Source of the DNA: Agitococcus sp.
Lineage (GTDB): Bacteria > Pseudomonadota > Gammaproteobacteria > Pseudomonadales > Moraxellaceae
Assembly: GCA_030646715.1 (NCBI GenBank)
Contig: JAUSLJ010000034.1
Location: 5,423 to 69,422, forward strand
Direction of reading: 5' to 3'
Length of the DNA: 64,000 nucleotides
Below the pieces are notes generated by a model that was not told the origin of the DNA, searched no databases, and saw only the letters and a program-made list of their open reading frames with translations. Made by a program: the position numbers and the translations under genes. This document shows, in pieces, positions 53,750 to 62,599 of the stretch (position 1 is its first letter; the number at the start of each line of letters is the position of its first letter).

Positions 53750-55992
53750 AGCACCACCCCCTGATAAACACAGACTTCACTCTCGCTCACGATAAGTGAG
53801 AATGCAGGTAGACCGTCCTCCCTCATACCCATCGCCAACTCAGTAAGCTGAGCGAGATCATCATTACTGAGCCTTGCTGGGCATCCAGGCGGATGGCTAT
53901 GCCACTCACCAATATAACCAACAACTCCTGCTGTGAGTTGTGCAACCTCCATCAATCGTTCTGGCACGCCTACAACTCCACGCTGAAATGACGCTTCAGT
54001 AGAGATGCTGTCCTCTGGAGCTACACAGGCATCCACAATCACAATCACTTTTTCTGTTAGATCGTGATAGCCCAGCAATACCCCACCTGTTTCGGAGGGT
54101 AACTTTTCAGACCGCATCTGCCAAAGCTTCTGTTCAAGCCCCTCATCAATAAAGACTCTGAATACACCATGCTCTATATATCGATTTGCTTGTGTCTCTA
54201 CTGAGTGAAGCTCTACTGCGCCAGTCTGAGGATTTCTCTGCCAAATCCTGATAAAAGAACCTTCCAACTCTGAAACTTGTTGTACCTGCTCTGCAAGACA
54301 AGCTGCATGAACTAATACGCGAGAATAGGGCAATGCCATCGAAATATCCCGACAACTTGCGCCACTCCAATAAGTTCCCAGATGGCCATTAAGATGGTTC
54401 ATTCCCCAACCACTATTTATCACCGCTCGATAATACTGCGCCTCTAGTGACAATAAGCGGATCAAACGCTCACTATCTTCTGCCAATATCACTGCAGCAT
54501 TACCATCTGGAGTAATAAACACAGAGATATGGCGTCCTACCTGGTCTACTTTGCTAATTGCACGCGGGAAATCCAAGCTTGCCGATGCATCCACAACAAG
54601 TTGAGCTTTTTGAAGGGCCGCGACGACTTCTTGCGTCAGCGATGTAGCATCCGCATTGATTGGTGTAACTACCGCAGCTCCGTGTGTCGTGGCTTCGCAT
54701 AACTGAGACACTACCTTTACTTTCAGCTCCCCAACTTGCGCTCCAAACGCAGTATGCCGAACCAAGTTATGAGGTTTAATATGGTCATTATCAATGACAC
54801 TCCACTCTCCCCATCCGCAGCGAGTCCATATATTGAGCATGGCACTACCAAGAGAACCAACACCGACAAGCACACCTTTGGGGCCTTCTGAACTAACGCC
54901 AGACTGTATACGTAATCTAGACTTGCTATTAAAACTCAATACCTCTATAGCTGATACGACCTTCGCTCTCCATCCTGCATTTTGGCTCTCATCAACATGC
55001 CCCAAAACATCCGCATAAAACTTATTCCCTGAAAATAAATATGCCCCAATTGCCTCTCCAATCTCTCGACGATCAGCATGAAAAAAGAAGGCTTTATGTT
55101 CTATTCTCTCTTGGAAATTTCCAGCAGCCCTAACAATAGGCGTCCGTAGCAAAAGTATTACTCTTAGGGCCTGTCCTTTGGAAGCCAACCCATTCGCTGT
55201 AATGTTTTCAAGAAGACTTTGGCGTAGGGGCGACAGCACATCTATCCTTTTGGATGCCATTTGGTCTGCCAATTCCCCTAAATTTGATGGCAGCCGTTCC
55301 ACTGCTCCATGAACAACTGGTAGTGTATCCACTGTAATAATGGAGATATCCATACCAAGCTGCTGCCCATCTTTAGGTAAAGCATCTAAAACAAGAGACA
55401 GTCTTCCACCCGATCGCTCAACAACCCTGCTCACTTGGTATGCCATTCTAGGATCATTGCTAATTTCATCAAAATTCCAAGGAAGGATAAGCTCATAAGG
55501 AGTCATAAAAAATAGCTGCTCTACAGGCTGGTCTGCTGCATGCAAATTTTCATTAGCAGTTGATGTAAGCCACCATTGCAGTTGACGCAAAAACTTTTGA
55601 GGGGTCCACGTCCGCAACACGGTTGCTTTCGGCCCAAAATAAAGGCAAAGGCTCAATGGATTACCAAGAGGTGTGGAGTTCATATGCGGCAATGCAGGGA
55701 AATCAGTCCTTAAAGCCAGCACATCAACCAATTCACGGTCATTTTTATCCACCACCAGTGCAAACCGTTCTGGATATTGAATCCCAAGTCGATTGCCTGG
55801 CGGAAAGCCATCACAAGCGACCTCGACAATCAGAGCCTCTTTTTCTACTTGACCATCCTTCGTACTAAAGAGAATTTCTAAGAGCTGACAGTCTGGATTA
55901 TTACTAACTGCGTCTATTAGGCCTTTGGTTCGATTAAAAGAGGGTTGCCCATGGGGCAACACCTCCATATTATCAAGTGAGAAATAGCTCAT
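53746..55992 (-). CDS. E2-like + E1 (ThiF-like) + JAB/MPN triple-fusion protein (Cap2+Cap3-like)
   Basis: The N-terminal 'LPHMNSTPLGNPLSLCLYFG' matches the UBC-like HxN...C motif. The central 'VLVGVGSLGSAMLNIWTRCGWGEWSVIDNDHIKPHNLVRH' is a ThiF/E1 Rossmann fold. The C-terminal 'ETGGVLLG ... GEWHSHPPGCPARLSNDD' is a complete JAMM motif (E...HxH...S..D). Confidence 0.85.
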   Translation of the reverse strand: MSYFSLDNMEVLPHGQPSFNRTKGLIDAVSNNPDCQLLEILFSTKDGQVEKEALIVEVACDGFPPGNRLGIQYPERFALVVDKNDRELVDVLALRTDFPALPHMNSTPLGNPLSLCLYFGPKATVLRTWTPQKFLRQLQWWLTSTANENLHAADQPVEQLFFMTPYELILPWNFDEISNDPRMAYQVSRVVERSGGRLSLVLDALPKDGQQLGMDISIITVDTLPVVHGAVERLPSNLGELADQMASKRIDVLSPLRQSLLENITANGLASKGQALRVILLLRTPIVRAAGNFQERIEHKAFFFHADRREIGEAIGAYLFSGNKFYADVLGHVDESQNAGWRAKVVSAIEVLSFNSKSRLRIQSGVSSEGPKGVLVGVGSLGSAMLNIWTRCGWGEWSVIDNDHIKPHNLVRHTAFGAQVGELKVKVVSQLCEATTHGAAVVTPINADATSLTQEVVAALQKAQLVVDASASLDFPRAISKVDQVGRHISVFITPDGNAAVILAEDSERLIRLLSLEAQYYRAVINSGWGMNHLNGHLGTYWSGASCRDISMALPYSRVLVHAACLAEQVQQVSELEGSFIRIWQRNPQTGAVELHSVETQANRYIEHGVFRVFIDEGLEQKLWQMRSEKLPSETGGVLLGYHDLTEKVIVIVDACVAPEDSISTEASFQRGVVGVPERLMEVAQLTAGVVGYIGEWHSHPPGCPARLSNDDLAQLTELAMGMREDGLPAFSLIVSESEVCVYQGVVL

Positions 55993-57152
55993 ACCGACTT
56001 ACCGGCACGCACGGGCGCTGCCGCCGCCAAAGCTGTTGCCCCAACCACAGCGGAACGAATCCACGATACTCCGCCATACGTTACGTCAAAAACAAGCGGC
56101 TCTGGATGTTTTTTGTTTGGTGTCTCCATTGTTACCAATATCCGGCGTCCTCCCACCTTATCAAGGTAACGTTGATAAGTATTGTAAGCCTGTACATGTG
56201 GAGGTTGTATTTGCAAGTAGGCATCCTTATCTTTCTCAATCGGGCGACTAGAGACTACCTCATACGCCTGCCGCTTCCCCATCAAGAGAAGGTCTTTAAC
56301 TAAAGGCTTGGGCTCCGTTTCGTTATCCCCTTTGGTGTCGCTGAGTGCCAAATAACTACAATGATGTGGCACATTGAAAAGATCCCAAGCAAGGCGATCA
56401 TCATTTCCGTGGTAACGTGTAGTAGATACTATGTCTTCAAGAACAGACCATTCAGCGTCACCAACAGCAAGATAATCGTATCGATTGCCTTCAGCCTCAA
56501 ACCGGATGTTAAAAATCAACGACGCATCGTTACGAACAACATCTCCATCTGGACAGTGCTTGATAAAAGGAGAATGACAAAAGAACTCTACGCCATCTTT
56601 TTCCAAGGTAAAGCCAGAAACAATAGTTCCTGCATCAACAATTAGATGATCACGTGCCGTAGCCGCCTCGCCCCTTTCTTTAAGTTTACGCTCTAACAAC
56701 TCTGCCAAAGCTGGAGGCTTCGAAAATACCCGAATCCCCTTTCCTTCTAAAAGTCGATGCTGAGCCTCTCGACGTAGAATAGCAAACTCATCAGACTGCT
56801 GATCCCTGCAAACATGCTCTATCACCATTGCTGCAGGCACCCAGAGTTCGTCAATCTTAATGCGCCCATTTCCTTGGTATTTCAGTGCATGATTCAGCTC
56901 AAAAAAGTCAGTGCTGCCAGAAATATGGTCAGAGTCAGCATGAGTAAAAACGACCACATCAAAATTGTCACGACCAGCATCTTTGAGCTCTTTTTTAAGA
57001 CGAGCCTTTAGATCAATAACAGGCGAAGTTGGATCTTCACCTTTCAATTGATGACGATAATCCATAAGGATCCGGCGTTTGTTGGAAAGGATAATTTGGC
57101 TTGTATCGCCATTACCCACTGGATAGAAAAGAATCTGATGTTTAGTTGACAT
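55989..57152 (-). CDS. Metallo-beta-lactamase-fold hydrolase (ComEC/Rec2-type motif), first gene of the operon
   Basis: 'LFYPVGNGDTSQII' and 'VVVFTHADSDHISG' (HxDxDH variant of HxHxDH). It is 387 aa with a ~100-aa C-terminal extension ending '...AAAAPVRAGKSV'. Confidence 0.75.
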   Translation of the reverse strand: MSTKHQILFYPVGNGDTSQIILSNKRRILMDYRHQLKGEDPTSPVIDLKARLKKELKDAGRDNFDVVVFTHADSDHISGSTDFFELNHALKYQGNGRIKIDELWVPAAMVIEHVCRDQQSDEFAILRREAQHRLLEGKGIRVFSKPPALAELLERKLKERGEAATARDHLIVDAGTIVSGFTLEKDGVEFFCHSPFIKHCPDGDVVRNDASLIFNIRFEAEGNRYDYLAVGDAEWSVLEDIVSTTRYHGNDDRLAWDLFNVPHHCSYLALSDTKGDNETEPKPLVKDLLLMGKRQAYEVVSSRPIEKDKDAYLQIQPPHVQAYNTYQRYLDKVGGRRILVTMETPNKKHPEPLVFDVTYGGVSWIRSAVVGATALAAAAPVRAGKSV

Positions 57153-57408
57153 AAACGATACCTAAAAGTCTAAAAATGGATTACTCGCCCACTCAGCTTC
57201 CCTTCTACCGTCCCACAATCCGTAATAGTGCCAGTTGCAAAAACACTACATATAGTGTTAACCAACTCAAAGTAGCACAAAATATACTACCTGACATCGT
57301 AACGCTAAAGACCACACTGATGCGTCTACACGACAGTATCTGACGTGAAGCCTTCTTATGTATCTTGGATTAACCATGAGCACTATAGAAGATATTTCAT
57401 CACGTATA

Positions 57409-57426
57409 CGTAAGATATATCTTACG
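57409..57426. promoter_or_regulatory. Operator-like perfect palindrome CGTAAGATA|TATCTTACG (site 1)
   Basis: This 18-bp perfect palindrome lies in the divergent intergenic region between the MBL operon and the HTH gene. Confidence 0.5.
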
Positions 57427-57457
57427 ACGCGTCTTGTAAAGTCGTATGCTATAATTT

Positions 57458-57476
57458 CGTAATGATATATCTTACG
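57458..57476. promoter_or_regulatory. Operator-like near-palindrome CGTAATGATATATCTTACG (site 2)
   Basis: It is a near-copy of site 1, 49 bp downstream. It lies immediately after a TATAAT hexamer (57450-57455) and 19 nt before the HTH gene ATG. Confidence 0.45.
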
Positions 57477-57494
57477 AGAAAAGAGTAATAAACG

Positions 57495-57821
57495 ATGTCT
57501 TTGTCTAACAGACTTAAGGAACTACGCCTAAAAAAGGGAAAGTCACTTCAGGAAGCAGCTGATGCATTGGGCTTCTCCAAAGCCCATCTGTGGGAATTAG
57601 AGAGTGGCAAAAGTAAAAATCCCTCCGCTGAGCTGCTTAAAAAACTATCAGATTATTTTGAAGTTTCGATAGGTTGGCTATTAGGAGAAGATGAATCATC
57701 TACTGATGATCAAAAGATAAAAGTGCTTTTTAGGCAACTTCAAGAACTACGACAAGAAGACCTTGATCTCATTCAAGCCATAATTAACACTAGACAAAGC
57801 CAGGGTGAAAAAAAGGTGTAA
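57495..57821 (+). CDS. XRE-family HTH repressor (CapH / ImmR-like)
   Basis: 'LKELRLKKGKSLQEAADALGFSKAHLWELESGK' is a canonical XRE HTH. It is 108 aa and ends 2 nt before the protease gene. Confidence 0.85.
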   Translation: MSLSNRLKELRLKKGKSLQEAADALGFSKAHLWELESGKSKNPSAELLKKLSDYFEVSIGWLLGEDESSTDDQKIKVLFRQLQELRQEDLDLIQAIINTRQSQGEKKV

Positions 57822-57823
57822 TC

Positions 57824-58720
57824 ATGCTCATTGACAGGATGGAGTTAGCAGATATAACAAAACCAGGTCCTATGGCAGCTGCCGTGCTTAAGCAAGTCAG
57901 GGAGCAAAATAATGGTGTACTCCCCATTCCTATCCCGATAGAAGAGATTGCTTATGGAGCAGATATTTCAGGAATTTCCCCCATACAAACACCAGGCTTT
58001 CAGGGAGCGCTCATCATCACTGATGGCGGCTCTATCGGCCATATCCTGAAAAATGCCAACAGTCCCATCACCCGGCAACGATACACCGTTGGACATGAGC
58101 TGGGTCATTGGCTATTGCCATTGCACTCTGTCAAAACCAAAGAACTCTACTGTACATCCGTACAGATGACTCGGGACTTCTCCAAAAACTTATCTCCCGC
58201 TGAAAGGATTGAAGTCGAAGCCAATATGTTCGCAGCTGAGATTCTTTTACCTGACAGAGAGTTCAAGAACGATTTAAGACCTTTTGGAGAGCCATCTCTG
58301 CAGGCACTTCTGGCATTATCTGAAAAATTTGAAGTTAGTAAGCTCGCCACTGCTAAACGCTATACAACGTTAAATGATCACCCATGCGCAGTTGTCACAT
58401 CGAAAGACTGCCTCGTCCAACACATCTTTCGTGGCCGAGACTTTCCTTCTTTGGGCCTCAAGGTTGGATATCCTCTTCCTCCAAGGAGTCATTCATTCAC
58501 ACTCAAGAGGACGCTGAAGAAATGCAGCGAAATCGTACTTGCTAGATGGGAGAACTGGCTTAAAGATCAGCCTCATGCCACTGCTGAATTGTACGAACAA
58601 GTGCTCCATCAGGCTGATGGTTACATAATGACTTTACTGTATCTGAATATGGATAACTGTCCTGATGAAGATGAAGAGTTTATTGAGCGCAGCTCCATCT
58701 GGAATCCGACATTGCGGTAA
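57824..58720 (+). CDS. ImmA/IrrE-family zinc metallopeptidase (CapP / ImmA-like)
   Basis: The HEXXH motif is in 'YTVGHELGHWLLP', with 'EVEANMFAAEILLP' downstream. Both are typical of COG2856 ImmA/IrrE. Confidence 0.85.
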   Translation: MLIDRMELADITKPGPMAAAVLKQVREQNNGVLPIPIPIEEIAYGADISGISPIQTPGFQGALIITDGGSIGHILKNANSPITRQRYTVGHELGHWLLPLHSVKTKELYCTSVQMTRDFSKNLSPAERIEVEANMFAAEILLPDREFKNDLRPFGEPSLQALLALSEKFEVSKLATAKRYTTLNDHPCAVVTSKDCLVQHIFRGRDFPSLGLKVGYPLPPRSHSFTLKRTLKKCSEIVLARWENWLKDQPHATAELYEQVLHQADGYIMTLLYLNMDNCPDEDEEFIERSSIWNPTLR

Positions 58721-58955
58721 ATGTATTGCAGCACACCGCTAACTGAAAAGAGGCAATCGCTCATATTTCGACAACAGCTGTCAATTCTTCAATTGTAAGT
58801 TAAGTATTGTTCATGACAAAATCAGCTCATCAATCAAAACTCCTAACTTGATTTCATTCGAATCACAACCAAAACTAGCCATTCCTGCTGCAATAACACA
58901 TGATGAATGTAGGCCTCTGGAGCGCAATTTCAATTCACTCCAAAAGGCTTTATCT

Positions 58956-59846
58956 ATGGCTAATCATGATTTGTACCAAGAAGTCACTAACACTTTCATC
59001 GCTTTATTAGAACAAGACGGTATTCAATCTTGGCGTAAAGCATGGAAAAACATCTCCAGCTCACCTATCAACATCATTACAGGTACACAATATCGTGGCT
59101 GGAATTGGTTTTCTTTAACCTTAGCTGCTGGCCCTCGCCCCAATCAATGGGCGACGTTTAAGCAGGTTCAAAGTCAGAATGGTCACATTCGCAAAGGATC
59201 GGCTGGTGTTAAAATAGGCTTTTATACACCACGCGAAAAAAATGAGTCAGGCGACGAGCAGACATCTGACGAAGCTTTAGCAGAGAAAAGCCATCGGTTT
59301 ATTTTTCGCATCTACCATGTGTTTAATGCCTTGGATATTGAAGGTATTACCGTTCCCTCCCCTATTCCATTTGAAGGCAACGCGATTCAGTCATTAATGA
59401 CAGTTTGCTTGTCTAAGCTCAAGAAAGATGGCTTGGTATATAAACGTGTCGGAAATAAGGCTGCCTATTGGCCTAAGCAAGACATTATCACTATGCCTGA
59501 AGGAAGCTTTGATAGTCCTCAAGATTACTGCGCCATTCTTGCCCATGAAATGACTCATGCGACAGAGTCACGTTTAGGTCGCCGTGAGAAAATAAATGAC
59601 TGGTTTCCAGACTTCGATGAGTCCTATGCTTTTGAAGAGCTGGTCGCTGAGCTAGGTGCTGCTTTTATTTGCGCTCATTTTAACATTAAGGGCGATTACG
59701 ACAATCATGCCAGCTATTTGCATAGTTGGCTGAAGATACTTAAAGGTGACAAATTTACGTTGTATCGTGCGGTAAAACTAGCACAAGAAGCTGCTGATTG
59801 GCTTCTTGATCAACAAGTAGCACCTGCTTTGCAGGAAGCTGCTTGA
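58956..59846 (+). CDS. ardC: ArdC-like antirestriction protein (ssDNA-binding N-domain + zincin metalloprotease)
   Basis: I chose the start at 'MANHDLYQEVTNTFIALLEQ...WRKAW' because it matches the usual ArdC N-terminus. The ORF track opens at 58848. The metalloprotease motif is 'AILAHEMTHATESR'. Confidence 0.85.
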   Translation: MANHDLYQEVTNTFIALLEQDGIQSWRKAWKNISSSPINIITGTQYRGWNWFSLTLAAGPRPNQWATFKQVQSQNGHIRKGSAGVKIGFYTPREKNESGDEQTSDEALAEKSHRFIFRIYHVFNALDIEGITVPSPIPFEGNAIQSLMTVCLSKLKKDGLVYKRVGNKAAYWPKQDIITMPEGSFDSPQDYCAILAHEMTHATESRLGRREKINDWFPDFDESYAFEELVAELGAAFICAHFNIKGDYDNHASYLHSWLKILKGDKFTLYRAVKLAQEAADWLLDQQVAPALQEAA

Positions 59847-59866
59847 TGGCTTGATTTCTTAACTCT

Positions 59867-59903
59867 AAAACCCCGAAGCGTTTGCTTTGGGGTTTTTCTT
59901 TTT
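59867..59903 (+). terminator. Rho-independent terminator (copy B of the repeated hairpin)
   Basis: AAAACCCCGAAGCGTTTGCTTTGGGGTTTTTCTTTTT is identical to copy A (48161-48194) except for one extra G in the loop. Confidence 0.75.
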
Positions 59904-60458
59904 GTGGCGGATTTCTGCCAAAAATATAGATTATGCGTCAGATGACAGATAAGGTGTCATTGCCGCTAATGATAAAACAAGGGCTTAGGAAACCAAACGA
60001 CACGAAGGAATGTCATTTTCATTTATTGATCTAAATCTTGTGCCTACGCTAATTTAGAACAAAGGGAAGTGACGAAGAAGAGCTACCAGTCGTGATCCAG
60101 AAATTTGTCTACGGCCGCCTTCCATACTCGGCTTGCTTTTTCCTGTTCCGTTGTACTCCATTCATGTTGAACTATGCTTGGGACTCAACATAATAACCTT
60201 CTGATAAGCACTGATCATTGCAGCTTCACTGGTATCAGATGTTCCAAGTACATTCTCCAATGTTATGGTGGCTTCTCAGTTTGGCTTGATACACCTATCA
60301 TTCTCATATAGTCTAAATGGCACAATATTAATAGAAAAAAGTGGCGCAGTGCCACGGAAAATATCATTTTATCAACGTGTGCATAGGGAAATATATGAGT
60401 GCAGTCTGTCGTTTTTTCCATAGGCTTATTGTTAAAGGTACAGGTGCTGGAGTCTTAA

Positions 60459-61889
60459 ATGGCGTTTGATGCATCTCCTTCTTGGAGCGGTTTCAATTAT
60501 CAGGGGAAAGTTGCTCTTTATTATGCCTTGAAGCTGATAAACGATCATCCTATAAGCCAAGACTTATCGAATTACAGCTTGATGCTTGAGGCCACCGAGG
60601 ACTTCGAGATTCAGCGTGACGGTGTTTCACTCTCTTATCATCAGGTGAAAGCCTATGCCCAAAGTTCATATAGCACATACTCCAATGCTCTCTTTGGAGT
60701 TCTTCTAGAGCTGTATAAATCGCCGAGTGTGACAGGATGGATTCATACTTGGAATGCTATAAATTCTAAGCCTGACTTTGCGGATCTGACCAGCTCAATC
60801 CAAGATGATATGAATATTGTCATAGCGCAGTATACAAACAAAAAGCCTGGCGAAAAAGGAATAGTGCTGGACGATGCAGCGTCTGATAAAAAAGGAATAA
60901 CTAAGCAAGCAGCAATTATCAGGGCCGCTATTCCAGGGAAAACCTCGGATCAATTGAGAGATATACTTAATGAAATAGTTCTAAGACAAAATGACTGCCT
61001 TAGCCGCTTTGCTGCATATGAATACGATGATGGCAATAAATTTTGTGATCTAACTGAAATAAATATAAAAATAAAATTCGAGATATCTAGAGCCATGAGT
61101 GCTAGAGGAACTGTCGTTACGCAAGAACAGCTTGAGAAATGTTTCAACTACTTCTTAGGGTATATAGACGAACACATCATCTGTAGGCATGAAAATAAAA
61201 CAAAAACAAGCTTGCCAATAGGCTTCCAAGAAATAGTTGTAGCCTTGAGGACTGATCATGAAGATATTGGCAGTGAATATCTAGTCTATAAATTTAAAGA
61301 TCAATTTGCCTATTTAATAGACGAGTACCTAGGCGATCCAGATGACTACACAGAGCCAGCGGAAGAAGTATATTGCAATCTAATGGAGGCAAGAAAACTT
61401 CTTCTAGGCCTTAGCCCAAAAGATCTCTGGAAACATTATCGTAGTTTTTCCCCACAGATTTACCTTCAACATACACACAATACGGTTAACGCTCTTTCGA
61501 CAAACCCTGAAGGTATTCGGCACGTACTATTAAAAATCCTTCATGCAATTAACTTCGCTTGCGCATCACACAATGCCACAAAATACAAACTAACCTATCG
61601 AACGACAACATCGCCATATCAATTTTATTTGCCAACAACCATAACAAGCACTGCCCGTGTAAGCCAAATAGTTAAGAAAATTACAGAAAACCCAAGTATG
61701 AATGAGATTTTATTTGAAGTTGAAAATCTTATTTATGGAGGTCAAGAACGATTCTCTTTTTCTCCTTCTTTGATAGTGCGCACTGAGGCACCAATAGCGG
61801 ATGGAGATGATACTCGCTCAAAAAGGGACGAAATTTTAAAGGAAATAACACTAGTGCCTATATCAATTGCAAAGGATTTATTAACTTAA
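60459..61889 (+). CDS. lmuA: Lamassu LmuA, Cap4-type (DUF4297) nuclease domain protein
   Basis: The N-terminal 'SGFNYQGKVALYYALKLI ... LEATEDFEI...YHQVKAY' fits the DUF4297/Cap4 PD-(D/E)xK pattern. It is followed by a small gene and an SMC-like ATPase. Confidence 0.7.
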   Translation: MAFDASPSWSGFNYQGKVALYYALKLINDHPISQDLSNYSLMLEATEDFEIQRDGVSLSYHQVKAYAQSSYSTYSNALFGVLLELYKSPSVTGWIHTWNAINSKPDFADLTSSIQDDMNIVIAQYTNKKPGEKGIVLDDAASDKKGITKQAAIIRAAIPGKTSDQLRDILNEIVLRQNDCLSRFAAYEYDDGNKFCDLTEINIKIKFEISRAMSARGTVVTQEQLEKCFNYFLGYIDEHIICRHENKTKTSLPIGFQEIVVALRTDHEDIGSEYLVYKFKDQFAYLIDEYLGDPDDYTEPAEEVYCNLMEARKLLLGLSPKDLWKHYRSFSPQIYLQHTHNTVNALSTNPEGIRHVLLKILHAINFACASHNATKYKLTYRTTTSPYQFYLPTTITSTARVSQIVKKITENPSMNEILFEVENLIYGGQERFSFSPSLIVRTEAPIADGDDTRSKRDEILKEITLVPISIAKDLLT

Positions 61890-62599
61890 TGATCAATATT
61901 ATAAATAACATCCTTACTAGCTTTGGCTATCAACAGGCTAATATAGAATATAGTCTCGATAATCTAGCAATGTTTTTGTTTATTCCAGCTAGTGAAAGTA
62001 ATAGGGAAGAATACTTTGTCACGTTACAATTAAATATCCAATCCGATGAGTCAGCACAAACCATCCTTGAAGAAACAGCACAAGAATTATTTGAGTCAAT
62101 ACGTAATTCTGGAAAAGTTGAACGCTCTTTCGAAAAAAACTGCACCATGATCATCTGCCATGAAGACGCCATGATCAGTAGAAATACAATACTCGCACTT
62201 GAAGAAGATCAATATAACTTTAAGAAAAACGTGGTCACCTACGCCGAACACGAACTTCACGCCTTAAAAACTCACCTTTCCGAGAGTGGCGTAGAACATC
62301 TAACCAACAAAATTATCAACGAGATAATCAATTTTGGAGGCGGGAAAAGGTTTTTGGAATTCAAGAATAACCACAAAAACATCAATGACCATTATTCGCT
62401 GATACTAAAAATAGCACTCAAGCTTCCATTTATAACCTACAGTCCGCATGAGCAGCAACTTACCAATTTGAGCCTTGAGATTGAACAATCTTTCAACCAT
62501 TACCAGTCTGTAATTTTTACTCAACTGATGGAGTCAGGCGAGTGGGCAGATGAAAACACCCATCAACAAGTCGAGAGGATTTGGGGAAATATTGAATGA
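61889..62599 (+). CDS. lmuC: Lamassu middle component (LmuC/DdmB-like), 236 aa
   Basis: The call rests on position and size between the nuclease gene and the SMC-like ATPase gene, with overlapping start/stop codons on both sides. Confidence 0.55.
   Translation: MINIINNILTSFGYQQANIEYSLDNLAMFLFIPASESNREEYFVTLQLNIQSDESAQTILEETAQELFESIRNSGKVERSFEKNCTMIICHEDAMISRNTILALEEDQYNFKKNVVTYAEHELHALKTHLSESGVEHLTNKIINEIINFGGGKRFLEFKNNHKNINDHYSLILKIALKLPFITYSPHEQQLTNLSLEIEQSFNHYQSVIFTQLMESGEWADENTHQQVERIWGNIE

Noticed and set aside
52658-57152. Calling the patatin/E1-E2-JAB operon a type II CBASS
   Set aside because: No CD-NTase/SMODS-like ORF is present in or next to the operon. The three genes are contiguous with 4-nt overlaps, and the remaining gene is MBL-fold (GNGD / THADSDH), not a nucleotidyltransferase.
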